DNA from: a phage
Assembly: GCA_022897995.1 (NCBI GenBank)
Contig: GCA_022897995.1_4763.1
Length of the DNA: 64,000 nucleotides
Strand: one strand, 5' to 3'
This document shows, piece after piece, positions 9,564 to 18,147 of the stretch (position 1 is the first letter of the stretch; the number at the start of each line of letters is the position of its first letter). Below the pieces are notes generated by a model. The model was not told the DNA's origin and did not search any database. It worked only from the letters and a program-made list of their open reading frames with translations. A program made the translations under genes and the position numbers.

Positions 9564-9592
9564 TTGACGGGGATCGCGAGATCCCCTATACT
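9564..9592 (+). promoter_or_regulatory. early promoter with GGGGATC/GATCCCC stem-loop (PeSL)
   Basis: TTGACG 9564-9569, 17-nt spacer, TATACT 9587-9592. Confidence 0.55.
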
Positions 9593-9634
9593 ATATTCAT
9601 CAAGACGAGATACAACTTTACAGGAGAATCAAAT

Positions 9635-9787
9635 ATGTGGACTTTACTGATTTGGGAAACTGAAAACGCACAAGTAGAAATCCGTGAATACGAATACCTA
9701 AGCCCAGCTTATCTATTGGCATCTCGCGGTGGTTACTATAAAGCGCAGATTGTAAACGAGTTTGGGGTAATTGAATATGAGTTCTGA
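9635..9787 (+). CDS. small hypothetical protein (50 aa)
   Basis: ATG 9635 after AGGAGAATCAAAT; overlaps nrdG start. Confidence 0.3.
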   Translation: MWTLLIWETENAQVEIREYEYLSPAYLLASRGGYYKAQIVNEFGVIEYEF

Positions 9788-10280
9788 TACATACGGCAAA
9801 CTACGCTATGCCGATATTAAAGATTGTGATATGGTTAACGGTGAGGGAGTGAGAGTCTCCCTTTACGTCACCGGATGTTCACACGCATGTGATGGTTGCT
9901 TTAATTCCAGTCTACTCAATCCTAAGAACGGGGAAACATTCACCGATGATACAATGGGATTGATTCTGGATCTGCTTAGACCTGATTTTATTCAGGGGCT
10001 AACATTCTTAGGTGGCGATCCACTGTATAAACGCAATTTAAAGGGTGTACAACGGATCATCGATGAAGTAAAATCATGGATGCCAAATAAAGATATTTGG
10101 CTATGGTCTGGTTATACCCTTGACCAATTGAATGATGAGCAAAGAAAAATTGTAGAATCAGTTGACATGTTCATCGATGGGCGTTATATTAAAGATATGC
10201 CAACGAAGAAGCCGTGGCGGGGGTCTGACAATCAAGTACAATACAAGATTGTTAATAGTATTCCAGTGAAAATTATTTGA
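9777..10280 (+). CDS. nrdG: anaerobic RNR activating enzyme NrdG
   Basis: Radical-SAM CSHACDGC cluster and VNGEG motif; downstream of nrdD. Confidence 0.85.
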   Translation: MSSDTYGKLRYADIKDCDMVNGEGVRVSLYVTGCSHACDGCFNSSLLNPKNGETFTDDTMGLILDLLRPDFIQGLTFLGGDPLYKRNLKGVQRIIDEVKSWMPNKDIWLWSGYTLDQLNDEQRKIVESVDMFIDGRYIKDMPTKKPWRGSDNQVQYKIVNSIPVKII

Positions 10281-10290
10281 GGTGATTATT

Positions 10291-10818
10291 ATGGAATGGG
10301 AAGTAGGTAAAATCTACAATATTAAATGCGAAGTGTCGAAAGCTGAACTGACTAAGTTTTCACCATCCATTAACAATGCGATTCTTGATTTGATTGGTGA
10401 TCGTTCGTTTAAGGTAGAAGCACTTGATGCTGATGGTGATGTTAGTAAAATTACCATTATTGGCGAAGAGACCGAGCCGATGACGTTACGAGAATCCCCT
10501 ATTAATTTTCATGGTGTTTGGTTTTGGTCGGGTGAGCGTCGTTTCTTTACCGAAGTTACTATTGAACCTAAGATTCCAGAATCGGAAGAAAAAGAAGAAG
10601 ACCTAACTTTAGAGCGTCTGGGTCTGCTTATGGAAGCCTACGACATTCAGTTGATCGATAAGATGGGGTTACATAATAGCATTGCCAAAATTACTACCCT
10701 AGAAGGTATTAAGAGCGTACTGGATGGTATGCCTAGCCGGATCGGTGCTATCCGCGAATACAAGCAAACTCGCGACCGTATGATCCAATTAGAATCACGT
10801 ATCAAAAATGAGAGATAA
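10291..10818 (+). CDS. member of tandem paralogue array (MEWEVGKIY... type)
   Basis: WE.GK.Y N-terminus, IGD..FKV, ERRFFTEV, helical C-terminus. Confidence 0.55.
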   Translation: MEWEVGKIYNIKCEVSKAELTKFSPSINNAILDLIGDRSFKVEALDADGDVSKITIIGEETEPMTLRESPINFHGVWFWSGERRFFTEVTIEPKIPESEEKEEDLTLERLGLLMEAYDIQLIDKMGLHNSIAKITTLEGIKSVLDGMPSRIGAIREYKQTRDRMIQLESRIKNER

Positions 10819-10822
10819 TATT

Positions 10823-11287
10823 ATGAAATGGGAAGCTGGTAAGACCTATGCGTGGAAAGATGTAAAAGATGCAAACCAATTTTTTAAATGGTATGATGTT
10901 GATTATTTGAAATATCTGAGATTACCGTTTAAAGTTGCGTCGGTTGATGCGAAAAAAGGATACGTGCGGTCTGTATATCTTCATGATGGAACTTATATGA
11001 GTTCAACCGATGTAGGTCTATCTTGTTGGTTTCTGGATCATGACCGTAGCAGATTTGAAGAAATTATTATTCCAGAAGAATCTAAACTGATGGACCTTCT
11101 CAAGTTGGCGATGGATAATTATAAAATTCGCTTTGAATGCAAATCACATGCGGCTATCGGTGCTAACGCCTTGCGTCATATCTCCAGTTTTGAAGAGTTG
11201 AAAGATTTTCTTGACAAAATGCCGGAAAGGGTGCAAGCTATACAGGAAGCAGAGAAAGCATTAAACGAACTTGATAAAATCGGTTAA
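10823..11287 (+). CDS. member of tandem paralogue array
   Basis: MKWEAGKTYAWKD; same architecture as neighbours. Confidence 0.55.
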   Translation: MKWEAGKTYAWKDVKDANQFFKWYDVDYLKYLRLPFKVASVDAKKGYVRSVYLHDGTYMSSTDVGLSCWFLDHDRSRFEEIIIPEESKLMDLLKLAMDNYKIRFECKSHAAIGANALRHISSFEELKDFLDKMPERVQAIQEAEKALNELDKIG

Positions 11288-11299
11288 GGGGAATATATT

Positions 11300-11848
11300 A
11301 TGAAATGGGAAATTGGTAAAACTTACACTTGGAAAGATGAAAACGCTAAAACTGAGTTTATTACTAACGTAGCAGGTGATCTTTCTCCACTTAACAGCGA
11401 TATTAGTGCAGCTATTGGTGACAAGCCATTTACCATCATCGAGATCGAGGGTAATGGTTGGATTGATGCAATAGAGCTAGACGGTGTTTATCATACGGCG
11501 AAAACGGCTACAGGAAAAGACATTTGGACGTCAACATATTTGTTTAGTCCATTTGATAGAAAATATTTTCGTGAAGTTGAAACAGTGAAAGAACCAGAAG
11601 AAAAGGTGAACGATGATTCTAAGATCGTTGGACAGTTGAAACGTCTGTTTAGTAGTCGTTATGGCCTGACGATGGTTAAATTTGGCGAAGCAAATGAAGG
11701 TAAAACCTTTGAACGTTTCGATGATTTTATTGCAGCACTTGACAAGATGGACGAAATCATGCAAGATCGCCAGAAGATTAAAGATCTTCAAAAAGACATT
11801 AAACGTCGTGAAGTTGAATTTTTGATCGGTAAAGAGCGAGGTTGGTAA
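11300..11848 (+). CDS. member of tandem paralogue array
   Basis: MKWEIGKTYTWKD, IGDKPFTIIEIEG...DGVYH, DRKYFREVE. Confidence 0.55.
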   Translation: MKWEIGKTYTWKDENAKTEFITNVAGDLSPLNSDISAAIGDKPFTIIEIEGNGWIDAIELDGVYHTAKTATGKDIWTSTYLFSPFDRKYFREVETVKEPEEKVNDDSKIVGQLKRLFSSRYGLTMVKFGEANEGKTFERFDDFIAALDKMDEIMQDRQKIKDLQKDIKRREVEFLIGKERGW

Positions 11849-11849
11849 T

Positions 11850-12332
11850 ATGTTTGTTGTTGGTATGACCTATCAGTGGAAAGATTATAAAACAAGAGAA
11901 GATTTTGCAAACTCTAGCGTTGCAAATGATGCAATAGCAGAGTTTATCGGCGACCGTCCATTTAAAGTTATTGCGTTTGATCACCATGAACCAGATATCG
12001 ATTATGTTTCTGTGATTGAAATTGATGGCACGGTATACCCCTGTCGCAATGTTGATGATGTACGGGAATACGCGCACAACTGGTTTTTGCAATCAGAAGA
12101 ACGTTATTTTAAAGTGGTATCGGCAGAACTGACTACTGATGCAATGTTGGAACAATTTTTCAACAACTACGAAGTTTCTGTACGTCGATATGGTGAAGAG
12201 GAAGTATTTAAAATTGATGACTATAATCAGTTTAAACGAGTATTCGCCACTAAGATCCAACGTGATATTGAACGCGAGAAGCGCATCAAGGAACTGGAAG
12301 AAGAACTTGAAAGATTAAAGGCCGAGAAATGA
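11850..12332 (+). CDS. member of tandem paralogue array
   Basis: MTYQWKDYK, IGDRPFKVIAFD, EERYFKVV, coiled-coil C-terminus. Confidence 0.55.
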   Translation: MFVVGMTYQWKDYKTREDFANSSVANDAIAEFIGDRPFKVIAFDHHEPDIDYVSVIEIDGTVYPCRNVDDVREYAHNWFLQSEERYFKVVSAELTTDAMLEQFFNNYEVSVRRYGEEEVFKIDDYNQFKRVFATKIQRDIEREKRIKELEEELERLKAEK

Positions 12333-12598
12333 TCGAGATATACGGCATACCGAAAGAGGCGTATCATTGTTATGGTTGTATTGGTGCAATGAAGCTACTG
12401 GATGATCTGGGTATTCCGTATACACTTAAACCAGTATTCAAGCAGGTCGGGGTTGACATTATTCCCGACCGTGATATGATTGAAGAACTGGCGGGGAGGC
12501 TGAACTCAAAGAGCCTCCGATTTGTATACCCCCAGATATTCATTGACAACGAGCACATTGGAGGCTATAAAGAACTGAGGGCTATTTATGATTATTGA
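12329..12598 (+). CDS. nrdH: glutaredoxin-like protein NrdH
   Basis: CYGC redox motif and VYPQIFIDNEHIGG glutaredoxin signature. Confidence 0.65.
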   Translation: MIEIYGIPKEAYHCYGCIGAMKLLDDLGIPYTLKPVFKQVGVDIIPDRDMIEELAGRLNSKSLRFVYPQIFIDNEHIGGYKELRAIYDY

Positions 12599-12746
12599 GA
12601 ATTTAGTTTCGGTGTTCATTATTGCTTTATTTGCTATAATGGCTTTACCGTTGAAGACGTGTAAACACTGTAACGGAACAGGATTGCGCGGTGATGGGTG
12701 TTGCGCTCATTGTCACGGATCTGGTAAAGTAAGTATCATTAAGTAA
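12588..12746 (+). CDS. 52-aa membrane-anchored DnaJ-type zinc-finger mini-protein
   Basis: Hydrophobic N-terminus then CKHCNGTG and CAHCHGSG (two CxxCxGxG repeats); below the ORF-track size cut-off. Confidence 0.35.
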   Translation: MIIENLVSVFIIALFAIMALPLKTCKHCNGTGLRGDGCCAHCHGSGKVSIIK

Positions 12747-12767
12747 TTCTTGAGTGAGGAATATATT

Positions 12768-13055
12768 ATGTTAGTACACAATGCAATCGCACACATGGTT
12801 TACTCTCGATTTGGGTGCATGGAAGAAATCAATATTACCGACGCGGATTTAGATCTGATGCAAGTCGAAGGCCAGACATATCTGAAAAATAACGGCGTGA
12901 ATATCGGTAAAGCGCGTGTGCGTGAATTGTTGGTTGAATATATTCTCTCTGAATTTGGCATTAGTGCTTTCGGTGTGAAAGAGATTGCACCGAAGCGCGA
13001 AATTTCTGATAAAATGATCAAGAAATGCCAGAAAGCACGACGTAAGGGTTTCTAA
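12768..13055 (+). CDS. hypothetical protein, translationally coupled to downstream NTPase
   Basis: ATG 12768 after GAGGAA; stop overlaps next start (TAATG at 13053-13057). Confidence 0.45.
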   Translation: MLVHNAIAHMVYSRFGCMEEINITDADLDLMQVEGQTYLKNNGVNIGKARVRELLVEYILSEFGISAFGVKEIAPKREISDKMIKKCQKARRKGF

Positions 13056-14524
13056 TGAAGATTGAAACATTAATCGCATTGCCAGCGGCGGGGAAAACTG
13101 ATGCTATACTTTCCCACGTCCTAGAGACAAAAGAAAAAGCGGTTATTGCTTCGCCATCTCGTGTTTTAAGTGAACAATCTTACAATAAGTTTAAAAGAAT
13201 GGGCGGTCGTGCTGTCTTGATTGATAGTACCAGACTAAGAAGCCTTAAGACAGTGCAAGCGTCGATAATGCAATCAGTTAAAGATGGTGCTGATGTGATA
13301 TTCATTACACATACAGCGTTATCTAATATGGAACGTTCAAAAATGTTTGGTGAATATGCTCTTTACATTGATGAAGTTCCTCAACTGGTTGAATTTAATG
13401 AGTATCCGTTTAAGTCTAATCTTGAACTTATCACGAAGCATTGCGAACCAATCGCCGACGAATCGGAATGCCTACAGAACCTAGTTCTAAAAGACTCTGA
13501 GAAGGCCGCTATCAAAGAAAAGATAGAAAGTGCAAAGGATGGTACTGATATGATCGATTCTTCTCTTAGAGGGCTTTATGAGGCGTTATTAGAGAAGAAA
13601 ATCAACGTTATGGTAAAACATAACGAAGGACACCGGAAGAATGGGTCTAAAATTGTTTTCTTGAACGATAACAAACACGGTACGTGGGGAGACTTTAAAA
13701 AGGTTACGATAGCATGTGCAAATCTCTTTGATACATATAGCGGGAAGTATCTACGATACTATGCAAATTGCGATTTTGTTCCGAGTGCGCTAGAATCCAG
13801 ACTATATTTCAAAGAGTATAAAAATACAGATAGAGTTAATATCATCCTTATGACGGACTCTGAACGATGGTCGCGTCACCAGTCAGAAACAAACAATACC
13901 TTTGAACGTCTTGTTGATATGGTTAAAAATGAATGTGGTGATGATTTCATTTATACCGTGAATCGGGACCGTGAAGCGTGCACAAATGGTATTGGTGAGC
14001 GGATACCTTACGGATCTTATGGTCTTAACTCTTACATTCATCATAAAAATGTTGCTGTGATGTTCAGCTTTAACCCTCAACGATGGGAGATTGATATTTT
14101 AAAAGGTCTTGCTAATAGTTGCGATCTCCCAACAAACGAGTTTTTGAAAGCGCGTCATGTGTCTGATTATCTGGAACCAGCATTTCAATTATGTTTGCGT
14201 TGTAACCTGAGAGACAACGAGAGCAAGGAGAATGTTAATCTATATGTTCCTGATTGGGCGTTGGTGGATTATCTAAAAAAGTTTCTGCCTAATGCCAATG
14301 TAATAACAGACCGAATGATTCCGCTAGAATGTGGTGAGCGTAAAGGGCGAAAATCATTTAAAAAGATGTTCGACTTTAACGAGCAAGAGAATGCAAGATT
14401 TAACGGATTTAAGTACCGCATGAAGAAAAAAGGAAAAACTCTTGATCCGTCTGACGGTGAATCTGTAGAGATGGTTAGAGTGTGGATAACTAAGCAAAGA
14501 AAGTATAATGGCAATGGGGAATAG
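13055..14524 (+). CDS. P-loop NTPase, helicase-like
   Basis: Walker A ALPAAGKT (res 8-15), motif Ia-like VIASPSRVLSEQ, Walker B/DExx ALYIDEVPQ (res ~100-108); 489 aa; not placed in a known T4 gene. Confidence 0.55.
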   Translation: MKIETLIALPAAGKTDAILSHVLETKEKAVIASPSRVLSEQSYNKFKRMGGRAVLIDSTRLRSLKTVQASIMQSVKDGADVIFITHTALSNMERSKMFGEYALYIDEVPQLVEFNEYPFKSNLELITKHCEPIADESECLQNLVLKDSEKAAIKEKIESAKDGTDMIDSSLRGLYEALLEKKINVMVKHNEGHRKNGSKIVFLNDNKHGTWGDFKKVTIACANLFDTYSGKYLRYYANCDFVPSALESRLYFKEYKNTDRVNIILMTDSERWSRHQSETNNTFERLVDMVKNECGDDFIYTVNRDREACTNGIGERIPYGSYGLNSYIHHKNVAVMFSFNPQRWEIDILKGLANSCDLPTNEFLKARHVSDYLEPAFQLCLRCNLRDNESKENVNLYVPDWALVDYLKKFLPNANVITDRMIPLECGERKGRKSFKKMFDFNEQENARFNGFKYRMKKKGKTLDPSDGESVEMVRVWITKQRKYNGNGE

Positions 14525-14564
14525 CCCGAAAGGGTTATTTCCTAAATAATAGCGAGGGTGCGAA

Positions 14565-15098
14565 GTGTCTGATTATGTAAACAATAAAGAGCTTTACGAA
14601 GAAATTTGCCGTTGGAAACAACGAATTGCAGCCGAAGGTCGACAAGTGCCAATGAGCAACCAAATCGGCCTAGCAATTATGCAAATCTCTAAAAATCTAT
14701 CACGGCGTTTTAACTTTTCTGGCTATAGTCAAACATGGCGCGAAGAAATGATCGACGATGGAATCGAAGCGGCGGTCAAGGGTTTGATTAATTTTGACGA
14801 GACAAAGTATAAAAATCCTCATGCTTACATCACGCAAGCGTGCTTTAATGCTTTTGTGCAGCGCATTAAAAAAGAAAGAACAGCGACAGCCGCAAAATAC
14901 AAATATTTTGTGCATCATGTATATGACGAACGCGACGCTGATATGTGCCAGATTGCGGATGAGGCATTCATACAGGACATTTACGATAAAATCAACAACT
15001 ACGAGGAATCGGTCAATAAACCGAAAGCGCCAAAGGTTGAAGATGTATTGACCGAGGAATTGCCTAGCCTGGACCAATTTTATGAGATTGAAAATTAA
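14565..15098 (+). CDS. 55: late-transcription sigma factor gp55
   Basis: [47 protein letters not shown] match remembered T4 gp55; GTG start. Confidence 0.85.
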   Translation: MSDYVNNKELYEEICRWKQRIAAEGRQVPMSNQIGLAIMQISKNLSRRFNFSGYSQTWREEMIDDGIEAAVKGLINFDETKYKNPHAYITQACFNAFVQRIKKERTATAAKYKYFVHHVYDERDADMCQIADEAFIQDIYDKINNYEESVNKPKAPKVEDVLTEELPSLDQFYEIEN

Positions 15099-15315
15099 CA
15101 TTTCCCGTTTGCTGGAAGAAGCAGAGTTTGAAACTGACCTTGTGCCGTATTTCGCCAAATTATTTTTGAGAGATTGCGGCGTTCCGGTGATTATCGATCC
15201 GTGCAATATCAAATCACCGGATCTTGAGGTCTTGACGGGTACAATCTCACATAGCTATAATGTTTCGGAAGATGAATTTTCTTTAATCATCGACTATATC
15301 CCAGAAGGAAAATAA
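15082..15315 (+). CDS. hypothetical protein
   Basis: 77-aa ORF overlapping gp55 stop. Confidence 0.35.
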   Translation: MRLKINISRLLEEAEFETDLVPYFAKLFLRDCGVPVIIDPCNIKSPDLEVLTGTISHSYNVSEDEFSLIIDYIPEGK

Positions 15316-15316
15316 T

Positions 15317-15604
15317 ATGACTTACGATGAACAACATGACCAGATTGCAGTGAATGAAGTAGACAAAGTACAAGCAGAACTAGAGGCGAAAGCCGCTAAG
15401 AAAGCGGAAAAGATCTTGCGTAAGAACTCGCGAGAGATTGCACGCCTTAAGCGGTGGGCTGAACAAGCTATCATCGATGATAACCGTGATGCGTATATCT
15501 ACGCTATCGGAAAGTTACGTGATATCTACAAACAGCCACACACGCCAGAACTGCTTTCTGCTATGTGGATTAGTACACGGCAAACGGTATTAAGTATGCT
15601 GTAA
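15317..15604 (+). CDS. hypothetical protein
   Basis: 95-aa ORF, helical. Confidence 0.4.
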   Translation: MTYDEQHDQIAVNEVDKVQAELEAKAAKKAEKILRKNSREIARLKRWAEQAIIDDNRDAYIYAIGKLRDIYKQPHTPELLSAMWISTRQTVLSML

Positions 15605-15620
15605 TGGCTTTATAAGGGAG

Positions 15621-15650
15621 ACTCCGAAAGGGGTTTCCCTTTTTATTTTT
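15621..15650 (+). terminator. intrinsic terminator
   Basis: ACUCC-GAAA-GGGGU tetraloop hairpin followed by TTCCCTTTTTATTTTT. Confidence 0.55.
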
Positions 15651-15694
15651 CTATGATATAGTGAGAACATCTAAAACGAAGAGAGGAAGAGACT

Positions 15695-16720
15695 ATGAAA
15701 ATTTTGCTTTTGGGTGATCTGCATACTGGTATCGGTGGCGATGATCCGTGGGTGCATGAGTATATTCTTGATACCATCAAGAAAGCGGTTGAATACTCCA
15801 AAGAGCATAATATTAAGACATGGATTCAAACAGGGGATTGGTTTGATTGCCGCAAGGCGATAACTCATGAAACCATGAAATTTAACCGTACTAAGGTCAT
15901 CCCATTACTGGAAGAGGCTGGTATTACTTGTTATATCACGGTCGGGAATCATGATATGTTTAAACGAAACAAGATCCAGCCTAACGCGCCGCGTGAAGTG
16001 TTAAGCCAGTATGATTGCATTAAGGTTATTGATAAACCGGAAACAGTTACCTTTGATGGTGTATCATTTGATCTGTTCCCGTGGTTTTGTGATGACAATA
16101 AATCAGAGATTTTAGAGTTTATTCAAAACTCATTCAGCGAATATTGTGTAGGCCATTGGGAATTGTCCGGTTACTATTTCTATAAAGGGCTAAAATCCGA
16201 AGGTTATAGCGCGGACTTCCTCAAGAAATACCGTGAAGTGATTTCCGGTCACTTTCATACTATTAGTGATGGGGGTAACGTAACGTATATTGGCACACCA
16301 TACACACTAACGGCGGGTGACGAAAACGACCCGCGTGGGTTTTGGGTATTCGATACCGACACACACAAAAAAGAGTTTATCCAGAATGATAAAACTTATC
16401 ATGTGCGTATCACTTACCCGTCAGATGATAAAATCGACGTAGAACGCTATAAGGGGCTGAGTGTGCGTCTTATTGCAACGGTCGCTGATAATGGGTTGAC
16501 TAAGTTAGAAAGCGCGTTAGAGACCGTTGTACACAAGCTAAAAGTGGTCCATAAGCTGGAGAGTAGCGCATCACAGGAAACAGGTGTTATTGAAGTTAAA
16601 AGCACTATTCAGATGGTCTATGAATATCTGGAAGAACAAAACCTAGAACCGGAAGAACTTGCGGCGGTCAAGCGTATTTCTGATGAACTTTTAGCCGAAG
16701 TAAATAGCGCAAAAAGTTAG
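15695..16720 (+). CDS. 47: recombination nuclease subunit gp47 (SbcD/Mre11-like)
   Basis: 341 aa; phosphoesterase motifs LLGDLHTG, TGDWFD, GNHD, GHFH. Confidence 0.85.
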   Translation: MKILLLGDLHTGIGGDDPWVHEYILDTIKKAVEYSKEHNIKTWIQTGDWFDCRKAITHETMKFNRTKVIPLLEEAGITCYITVGNHDMFKRNKIQPNAPREVLSQYDCIKVIDKPETVTFDGVSFDLFPWFCDDNKSEILEFIQNSFSEYCVGHWELSGYYFYKGLKSEGYSADFLKKYREVISGHFHTISDGGNVTYIGTPYTLTAGDENDPRGFWVFDTDTHKKEFIQNDKTYHVRITYPSDDKIDVERYKGLSVRLIATVADNGLTKLESALETVVHKLKVVHKLESSASQETGVIEVKSTIQMVYEYLEEQNLEPEELAAVKRISDELLAEVNSAKS

Positions 16721-16749
16721 TTGACGCGGGGAGAAATCCCCGTTATACT
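16721..16749 (+). promoter_or_regulatory. early promoter with GCGGGGA/TCCCCG stem-loop (PeSL)
   Basis: TTGACG 16721-16726, 17-nt spacer, TATACT 16744-16749. Confidence 0.55.
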
Positions 16750-16774
16750 CTCTAAAAATTGATTGGAGGTTGTT

Positions 16775-17026
16775 ATGATTGCTAATGCACTGAAAGAAAT
16801 CAACGAAGGTTTATCGAAATTCACTAAGATCCATGTATTTGAGGTTGTGCGAGATGGTCAGTATATGCTATCATTTCGGTCTAACTATGGTTTATGGACT
16901 CATGACGAAATACCATTTGATCGTGAACATATCACCAAAGAGGAGCTAACAAACATCGTATCCCGTAAGGTTGCTGATATTACCCAGAATGTAATTGCCC
17001 GTGGATCTATGGAGTCTGTACGATGA
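16775..17026 (+). CDS. hypothetical protein
   Basis: ATG 16775 after GGAGG. Confidence 0.4.
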   Translation: MIANALKEINEGLSKFTKIHVFEVVRDGQYMLSFRSNYGLWTHDEIPFDREHITKEELTNIVSRKVADITQNVIARGSMESVR

Positions 17027-17340
17027 AAACACTTGCACAAAAAGTAATGGAATTTAATGCAGCGTTGCCTATGTTCGCTCGCCGTAAGGGAATCTCCGTT
17101 GATGTATGGTATTCCAAAGAGCATGAAGAAGTTCGGATGATGGTCGAAAAGCGACTCACCGATACTACTGTTAAGTGTAAGTTTCGCTCTATTCCTCGCG
17201 CGGAAATAGAATTTGATGAAAGCTATTACTTTACGCTGCGGCATGTGCTGAAACAAGCAGTGGATGAACTTTTAGAAGACCTGAAACAATATGAAATTGA
17301 ACGAGGAACATATTATGAATACGACTATGGTCGCGGCTGA
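17023..17340 (+). CDS. hypothetical protein
   Basis: 105-aa ORF overlapping neighbours. Confidence 0.4.
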   Translation: MKTLAQKVMEFNAALPMFARRKGISVDVWYSKEHEEVRMMVEKRLTDTTVKCKFRSIPRAEIEFDESYYFTLRHVLKQAVDELLEDLKQYEIERGTYYEYDYGRG

Positions 17341-17887
17341 TCCTGATTCGATAGCAATGGAATATTTTATTGAATTGGTGCACGCATACACACTAAAACA
17401 ATCATATTACAAGAATCCGATCTATGGTTATCTGAAAGCGCGTATTGCTAAAATGTGGGGTCAGCCAGTGGTTAAGTTGTGGTATGATGACGGCTACCGT
17501 CGTTACCTTAAAGTGATTCACCCACAAGAATTGATGGTGACTATGGGTATTGGCGACTTTGTAAAAGACAAAGTAGAATCCATTATTAAGAGTGTGGTTG
17601 GTGAATATAATCCGATTGTATATGGTGCTTTCGTCCAGTGGAAACAATCCAGCAAATATTATTTTCCGAATACTCCATTGACGCTAACAGGTTGGATCTC
17701 TGTCATGCATAGTGGGGTATTCCTGGAAGCGTCAGAGACAATGTATAAAGGGTATATTCTCCCACATCGACTGGTGAAGTGTGATTACCGCTTGACTGTA
17801 GGTGAATTTCGTGATATTCTGGAACAACAAGCGGAAGACCTGCAAGGTGAAATTGAAGAATTTTTAGAGGAACATAAACTAAAATGA
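17315..17887 (+). CDS. hypothetical protein
   Basis: ATG 17315 after GAGGAA; 190 aa. Confidence 0.45.
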   Translation: MNTTMVAADPDSIAMEYFIELVHAYTLKQSYYKNPIYGYLKARIAKMWGQPVVKLWYDDGYRRYLKVIHPQELMVTMGIGDFVKDKVESIIKSVVGEYNPIVYGAFVQWKQSSKYYFPNTPLTLTGWISVMHSGVFLEASETMYKGYILPHRLVKCDYRLTVGEFRDILEQQAEDLQGEIEEFLEEHKLK

Positions 17888-18147
17888 TTCTATCGATGAC
17901 CTACCTTAGACACAGGGTTATAGAAGGTCTTCGCGAATATCTGGCATTGAATAAAGGGATTTATGTTGATCCCTTTATGACATATGATCCTGCGACACTG
18001 GATTATGTGATCATGTTGCCAGATCGCAGAGACACACTAGTTAAAGTGAAGGCGGCAAGTGTTTACAACATTGATGAAGATGTGTTAGCATTTAATATTA
18101 TGGAATGTGTGATTGCGGAGTGGATTAATGGCAAAGTTAAATTTTAA
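17884..18147 (+). CDS. hypothetical protein
   Basis: 87-aa ORF overlapping neighbours. Confidence 0.4.
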   Translation: MILSMTYLRHRVIEGLREYLALNKGIYVDPFMTYDPATLDYVIMLPDRRDTLVKVKAASVYNIDEDVLAFNIMECVIAEWINGKVKF

